The notes under the pieces were generated by a model. It did not search any database and was not told the origin of the DNA. It saw nothing but the letters and a program-made list of their open reading frames with translations. DNA of 63,984 nucleotides, the filler included, from Folioceros fuciformis (taxonomy: Eukaryota), in NCBI GenBank assembly GCA_049999805.1. It is 7 parts of 7 records of this genome, joined end to end, with 100 filler letters (N's around TTAATTAATTAA, not from the genome) between each part and the next. Parts side by side here need not be neighbours in the genome. Positions count along the whole stretch, not along the records: positions 50,436 to 58,107 come from JBNGIO010004201.1; positions 58,208 to 62,834 come from JBNGIO010004206.1; positions 62,935 to 63,984 come from JBNGIO010004325.1; 4 more parts are not named here. One strand, 5' to 3'. Below, in pieces: positions 58,064 through 63,984 of this stretch (position 1 is its first letter; each line of letters opens with the position of its first letter). A program made the position numbers and the translations under genes.

Positions 58064-58207
58064 CAGCCACACGGTGCCTCCAAGCAGCCACTCAGGCTGA
58101 AGTGCGCNNNNNNNNNNNNNNNNNNNNNNNNNNNNNNNNNNNNNNNNNNNNTTAATTAATTAANNNNNNNNNNNNNNNNNNNNNNNNNNNNNNNNNNNNN
58201 NNNNNNN

Positions 58208-58253
58208 GGGAAGGGGAAGGGGAAGGGGAAGGGGAAGGGGAAGGGGAAGGGGA
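58208..58253 (+). repeat. (GGGGAA)n microsatellite
   Basis: About 7-8 units running into the gap. Confidence 0.9.
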
Positions 58254-58953
58254 AATGAGCCCTTCGGCACCTAGGGGTTTCTCAACATTTGCACCCGTCC
58301 CACCCACAAGGAAGGCTCCCGTGTAGCTTTGTTGAAATTCAACGATGCTCCAGCAGGCTCGCATGGTCCAAGATATGGCATCTGTGGCCCGTTTGAACGT
58401 GCAGGTCATTTTCCAGGCACTTCCCTATATTGAACAAAATGAAACTCATACTTGGGTTGGCTCGGGTCCCTTGTGTGCGAGAGCAGGGAAGGAGAGGATG
58501 CGCGTCTTGTGCAAAGCACAGGACTCGTAGCCGAGCCTGGAGATGTCACCTGCGGCAAAATGTCGCAAGGTGGGGTGCTGCACTAGCTTTTGAGGTGCAA
58601 GTACAGGTGCAGGCCACAATGCTACAGTGTCCGCGGCAGGTCCAGGTGCAGGTGCAGGTGTTATTGCTTGTGCAGGTATTAATGACACCCTCCCCACGTT
58701 CGAATGCAGGTTCGGGGGTGCTACTTCGTCGAGGGACAGTTGAGCCTTGGTATATGCAGCAGTGTTCAAGGTCCTGAGCACAGATTTTCTACCCGCCGTT
58801 CAGCAGCTTTTCAGGAACTGCCATACCCCTTCCAGGTTAGTACGCCAACCCTTGCCTCATTGCTGTGGGGGCTGTGGGTTAGTGCGCGTAGAGAAGACGC
58901 GTTTGTGAACGGCCTAGTCTTGTCCATGCACCTGCCACAACGGTACTTGAACG

Positions 58954-61641
58954 ATGGCCACAGTATGGCAATCGGATCCGTTGTCTACCCAACAAATTGG
59001 TGTATTTACAGGGATTCTACGAAGTGCTCCTGCTAACCTCAGATCAGGGAGTGGAACCCTGGCAAGCAAAGCCTCCACGAGCAGCATTGGAAAAAGCCCA
59101 GAACTTCCAATCGCGAAAAAGTGTGACGGTTTTTCAAGAGATGGTCGTTGCAAGGAGCAGCAACACTTATGGCGACAATTTTTTCTGGACCCTACCATGT
59201 GGTGGGATAACAGAAGAGAGAAGAGGAGCTCCCGTTTGCCTGACTTCCGACGTAAGGGGTCTGGCGAGGTGCTGTGGTTAAACAGCATGTGTAAGCCAGC
59301 TTGGGTTGATGAGCAGCTGGTTTCCTGGGATATGCAGATGCGCCATGGTTCTTCTCTTTCCGATTACAGCTCTCCCGACAAGCCTATACCTGGAAGACGT
59401 GCAGGATCGCAACTGACCGTCGTAACGGCCACTACCGTGAGCACGTTCTGTCAGCAGGGGAAGCTTTCTGAGGCCGTTGGAGCACTGGAATCTCTGGCTC
59501 ACACAGACTCTGCCATTTCGCAGTCTGTCTTGTACACTGTGCTAAAACTGTGTACAGTTAAGAAGGATTTGGTTGTGGGGCGTCGAGTTCATGTCCTCGT
59601 TGCCAAACTTGGGTACGAGTCGAGTTCATTCTTGGCGAACCATATCTTGCGCATGTACGCATGTGTAGGGCAGCTGCAGGAGGCCATGGATGTGTTCACC
59701 AGGGTTGGCAAACCGAACGTGTTCATGTGGTTTTCAATAATTTCTGCATATGCCAAGCTCGGGAAGCCCCAGGAGGCCATACAACTGTACCATGAGATGC
59801 GTTGTTCAGGAGTAAAGGCGGATGCGCACGTCTTTGTGGCTACCCTTCAAGCCTGCGCACTTGCCGCTGACCTGGAATCTGGCAGGAAAGTGCACCGTGA
59901 TGTTGTACACAGTGGCATTCCTACTAACTTGTTTGTGGGCAACTGCCTGGTGGACATGTATGCAAAATGTGGTGACGTGAATTATGCACGCGAGGTTTTT
60001 GACAGCATGGCCACCAAGGATGTGGTGACATGGAATACCCTGATAGCTGGGTATGCGCAGCAAGGACTGGGCCAAGAGGCGCTCGTTGTGTATTCACAGA
60101 TGGAGGAGGCGGGCCTCGTTTTGGCCGACCGCGTTACTTTTGCTTGCCTTCTGAAGGCGTGTGGAATCACTGGTGCCTTGCAGAAAGGCAGGCAGCTGCA
60201 TTCACTGATCGTGGAAAGAGGACTGCTAGATAACATTGTGGTGGGCACCTGTCTGGTGGACATGTATGCGAAATGTGGTGAACTGGAAGATGCACGCCAG
60301 GTTTTCCACAACATGAGCTCAAAAAATGTGGTGACATGGACATCGCTGATTGCTGGGTATGCAAGATGGGGTGACATGGAAGATGCCCGCAAGATTTTTG
60401 ACAGCATGGAAACGAAAAATGTGGTGACATGGACAGCGCTCATTGCTGGGTATGCACAACGAGGGCTCGGCCAAGAGGCGCTTGTGGTGTATGGACAAAT
60501 GGAGGAGGCGGGCCTTGTTTTGGCTGACCATGTTACGTTTGCTTGCCTTCTGAAAGCCTGTGGAAGCAGCGGTGCCGTACAGAAGGGAATGCAACTGCAC
60601 TCGCAGATTGTGAAAAGAGGGCTGCTGAATAACGTTGTGGTGGGCAACTGCCTCGTGGACATGTATGCAAAATGTGGTGAACTGAAAGATGCACGCCAGG
60701 TTTTTGAAAGCATGGCCACAAAGGATGTGGTGACGTGGACAGCGCTGATTACTGGCTATGGTGTTTGTGATGAGGGCCAGAAGGCCCTTGCTTGTTTTGA
60801 GGAGATGTTAGCTGCCGGTGTTCAGCCTAACGAGGCTACTTTCACTTCCCTTATAGCAGCATGCAGTCATGAGGGATTAGTTCATGAGGGTCGCAAACAC
60901 TTCGATTCCATGGCTGAACAGCATGGCATCAAACCTACCATGGAGCATTACACGTGCATGATTGATCTTCTCGGGCGTGCTGGCCATTTAGACGAGGCAC
61001 AGAAGATGCTATCATCATGTGAGGGCCAAAGTAATGTTGTGGGCTTGACGTCTTTGTTGAATGCCTGCAAAAGTCATGGGGACGTGGAGAGAGCTGTGTG
61101 GTGTTTTGAAAGCATTGTCAGGATGGACCCTCAAATGGCGTCAGCCTATGTGCTCATGGCTAATGCCTACGCAGATGCTGGTATGTGGAGCGATGTAGAC
61201 AGGATTGAAATACAGAGAAGGGCAGCAGGAGCTAATAAGAAACCTGCAGTGGCGACAATTGAGGTGGAGAATCAAGTACATACATTTTTGGTGGGAGAAA
61301 GGAGAGAGGATCTTGCGCGCAAGATAGAGAGCACGAATGCACGTGTGAAGCAGGAAGGAGGGCATGCACCTCACACACAGTTGGTGTTGAAGCCACTCGG
61401 TGAGAAGGAGAAGGAAGATATGCTTTGTGGCCATGCCGAGAAGCTAGCTTTGGCATTTGGTCTGTTGAACACTCCAAGTGGGACACCTCTGGTGGTAACG
61501 AAGAATCTACGCATGTGCAGTGACTGCCACAGTTCCACGGAAATAATGTCAAGGCTTGAACATAGGGACATTGTTGTAAGAGATGGGTACCGTGTTCATC
61601 GATTTACAGCTGGTTGTTGCAGTTGCAAGGGTCGACCGTGA
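58954..61641 (+). CDS. PLS-class PPR RNA-editing factor, DYW:KP (GRP) type, with N-terminal OSB-like PDF motif; paralog of 1805-4744
   Basis: 895-aa intronless ORF with about 16 PPR motifs including one SS motif, E1/E2, then KKPAVATIEV...HAEKLALAFGLL...CSDCH...CCSCKGRP. Confidence 0.95.
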   Translation: MATVWQSDPLSTQQIGVFTGILRSAPANLRSGSGTLASKASTSSIGKSPELPIAKKCDGFSRDGRCKEQQHLWRQFFLDPTMWWDNRREKRSSRLPDFRRKGSGEVLWLNSMCKPAWVDEQLVSWDMQMRHGSSLSDYSSPDKPIPGRRAGSQLTVVTATTVSTFCQQGKLSEAVGALESLAHTDSAISQSVLYTVLKLCTVKKDLVVGRRVHVLVAKLGYESSSFLANHILRMYACVGQLQEAMDVFTRVGKPNVFMWFSIISAYAKLGKPQEAIQLYHEMRCSGVKADAHVFVATLQACALAADLESGRKVHRDVVHSGIPTNLFVGNCLVDMYAKCGDVNYAREVFDSMATKDVVTWNTLIAGYAQQGLGQEALVVYSQMEEAGLVLADRVTFACLLKACGITGALQKGRQLHSLIVERGLLDNIVVGTCLVDMYAKCGELEDARQVFHNMSSKNVVTWTSLIAGYARWGDMEDARKIFDSMETKNVVTWTALIAGYAQRGLGQEALVVYGQMEEAGLVLADHVTFACLLKACGSSGAVQKGMQLHSQIVKRGLLNNVVVGNCLVDMYAKCGELKDARQVFESMATKDVVTWTALITGYGVCDEGQKALACFEEMLAAGVQPNEATFTSLIAACSHEGLVHEGRKHFDSMAEQHGIKPTMEHYTCMIDLLGRAGHLDEAQKMLSSCEGQSNVVGLTSLLNACKSHGDVERAVWCFESIVRMDPQMASAYVLMANAYADAGMWSDVDRIEIQRRAAGANKKPAVATIEVENQVHTFLVGERREDLARKIESTNARVKQEGGHAPHTQLVLKPLGEKEKEDMLCGHAEKLALAFGLLNTPSGTPLVVTKNLRMCSDCHSSTEIMSRLEHRDIVVRDGYRVHRFTAGCCSCKGRP

Positions 61642-61803
61642 GAAGAACGAGTAGTCGTTGTCCGTGGTGACGGGTGAATTTTCACGTAGATTTCAGTTTA
61701 CATGTTTTTGATAAGATCTAAGCATATTTCACTATCAGATATCTAAGCAAAAGATTGTCATTCATTTCCTTTGATCTTTTTTGGTAGCATAGAAGTCAGA
61801 ATT

Positions 61804-62834
61804 TGTTAAGGATGACAGCCTTAACATGAACTAGTGGAAATAGTGGAGACCATGGATCCAAAGGCTGAGTGGTGAAGAATATAGAATCGGATCCAAAGAT
61901 TGAAAAGAAGTGCTTGGGAGACAATGAATCCAACGGTGAATTTGAGTGGTGAAAAACATNNNNNNNNNNCTTGGGAGACAATGAATCCAACGGTGAATTT
62001 GAGTGGTGAAAAACATGATAAAGGTTGACAAGGTTGATATGCCACAGAATAGAGCACAGGAGGAATAAGCAATGCCAGATACGAAGCAAACGCAGAAGAG
62101 AAATACTGGGAGACCTTGTTTTCTCCTCTCTTCCTTCATCATGTGGCTCCCCTCTTCCTTCATCATGTGCTCCCCTGGCGATCTTTCAATGATATCAGAG
62201 CTTGGTTGTGGAGCAAGATGATGATGTCTGTAGGTGATGCGGACAAGGTGCACAAAAGGCGTGAGGAAGGCACCGGAGTGAGTGAAGGCAGCATCCCTGG
62301 GAGCCCATGTGAAGCAACTCTGCTGCTCGGGGTGTAGGGGTCTCCATCCCCAGCGTGCTCAGGCCGCGGCAACGGTAGCGCGGGGCACCTAGGAGAGCGT
62401 CGCCACGCCACCTCGTAGTGCGGGGTGTCTGCCCCAGTGTGGGGTGCCTGACGCGGCACGCGCCAGGCCGAGTAGACACCGCGACCAGACACCCGCGCGG
62501 GGCGTCGGGCGAGCGGCCAGTCACCCGTGTGGGGCTCCAAGGCGCCCGCCATGCCAACGCGGACACGGGCAACCTGGATCCCGGCCATGGGATCAGGCTT
62601 GGGCCGCCCTAGCCCAGCTCCTAGCCGCCAGGTGGTGGGGCTGGATCTGGAGCCCGCAAGCATCCGTGGGACAGTCTAATCCGGCTCGCTTCGTGGTGTG
62701 GCCGAATCCAGAGTTGCGAGCGGCTAGATCTCGATCACAGGACAGGATACTCCAATCGTGAGCGATCGAATTCCGGCCACAAACAGTTGGATTAGTATGC
62801 CGTAGCCAGGCGGGCCAGAATTGGGCTTGGGCCC
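61804..62834 (+). mobile_element. 5'LTR, PBS and GC-rich leader of a related Copia element
   Basis: LTR end GCGATCTTTCA (62188); PBS TGATATCAGAGC 62190-62201 followed by TTGGTTGTGGAGCAAG as in family A. LTR start TGTTAAGG at 61804 is tentative. Confidence 0.7.
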
Positions 62835-62934
62835 NNNNNNNNNNNNNNNNNNNNNNNNNNNNNNNNNNNNNNNNNNNNTTAATTAATTAANNNNNNNNNN
62901 NNNNNNNNNNNNNNNNNNNNNNNNNNNNNNNNNN

Positions 62935-63984
62935 CGAACGCGGGGAGCCCCTGCACGGGATTCAGCTCCACCAAATTGAACAGTTCCGCAGCCGTATATT
63001 CTTTGCTTGGTTCGAACACAGATCACCCCCTACCTCTATGTTATGCGCACCGACATCTTGCCGATGTGCGCCCTAGTTTGCCAAACGCACCTTATTAATT
63101 GTGCCGATCTGCAGCGCCCGCAGGTAGAAGCATTGCCCGCTGTTTTTGATTTCATGGGAACGCCCTTGCGGCCGGCAGGCCACGATCCAACTATTGGAGC
63201 GGAGATCGAGCGGCCAACTATCGGTCTCAGACTGTTTGTGTCGTCCGAGGAGTTAGCAAATGATCGACATCGTCGTCACAGAAAATCGAAATCCGCATAA
63301 GGGTCAACCCGCTTGGTGGCTGATCACCCACCGCTACAGGGATTGGCCGATCGTAGCGTGGACATCCCGTACCGCTGCAGCTTTTAAAGCGCGTTCACGT
63401 CGATGTCGTATGACTTCCGCACCGTCAAGATGAGGTAGACCGTGAACCCTGTGGNNNNNNNNNNCGAACGCGGGGAGCCCCTGCACGGGATTCAGCTCCA
63501 CCAAATTGAACAGTTCCGCAGCCGTATATTCTTTGCTTGGTTCGAACACAGATCACCCCCTACCTCTATGTTATGCGCACCGACATCTTGCCGATGTGCG
63601 CCCTAGTTTGCCAAACGCACCTTATTAATTGTGCCGATCTGCAGCGCCCGCAGGTAGAAGCATTGCCCGCTGTTTTTGATTTCATGGGAACGCCCTTGCG
63701 GCCGGCAGGCCACGATCCAACTATTGGAGCGGAGATCGAGCGGCCAACTATCGGTCTCAGACTGTTTGTGTCGTCCGAGGAGTTAGCAAATGATCGACAT
63801 CGTCGTCACAGAAAATCGAAATCCGCATAAGGGTCAACCCGCTTGGTGGCTGATCACCCACCGCTACAGGGATTGGCCGATCGTAGCGTGGACATCCCGT
63901 ACCGCTGCAGCTTTTAAAGCGCGTTCACGTCGATGTCGTATGACTTCCGCACCGTCAAGATGAGGTAGACCGTGAACCCTGTGG
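62935..63984. repeat. Exact 520-bp direct duplication separated by a 10-N gap (probable assembly artefact)
   Basis: 62935-63454 appears identical to 63465-63984. Confidence 0.85.

Noticed and set aside
9498-62890. Recurrent TTAATTAATTAA palindrome as a biological motif
   Set aside because: Always centred in 100-nt N runs; it is a six-frame-stop assembly spacer. It also means adjacency across these points is unproven.
62935-63984. 520-bp tandem repeat, and the ~50-bp duplication around 61910-62015
   Set aside because: Exact copies either side of 10-N gaps indicate unmerged contig overlaps.

Overview
Eukaryotic land-plant nuclear DNA from a gappy draft assembly. It is most likely a hornwort; this is an inference from DYW:KP/GRP-type PPR genes, ~90-nt introns and very short intergenic spacers, and a fern or lycophyte is not excluded. 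Each end of the window has an intact intronless PLS-class PPR gene (1805-4744 minus; 58954-61641 plus). Both have a DYW:KP (KKPA...HAEKLA...CSDCH...GRP) C-terminus, the class linked to reverse U-to-C organellar RNA editing, and both carry an OSB-type 'PDF' ssDNA-binding motif N-terminal to the PPR array. Between them, ~33 kb of nested TE relics contain a CRE-like RLE retrotransposon, nested Copia elements, a Harbinger inside a pogo-like element, an L1 LINE and LTR fragments. A compact gene island follows (DUF6816-like lumen protein, 16-exon CRTAC1/ASPIC-UnbV-like gene, intronless APC7, AMT1), then more LTR debris. At 56.6-58.1 kb lies a decayed bacterial-type beta-class N4/N6 DNA methyltransferase bracketed by GC-rich palindromes. 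Six artificial N-TTAATTAATTAA-N spacers mean long-range adjacency is not guaranteed. All homology calls come from motif recognition by eye; no searches were run.
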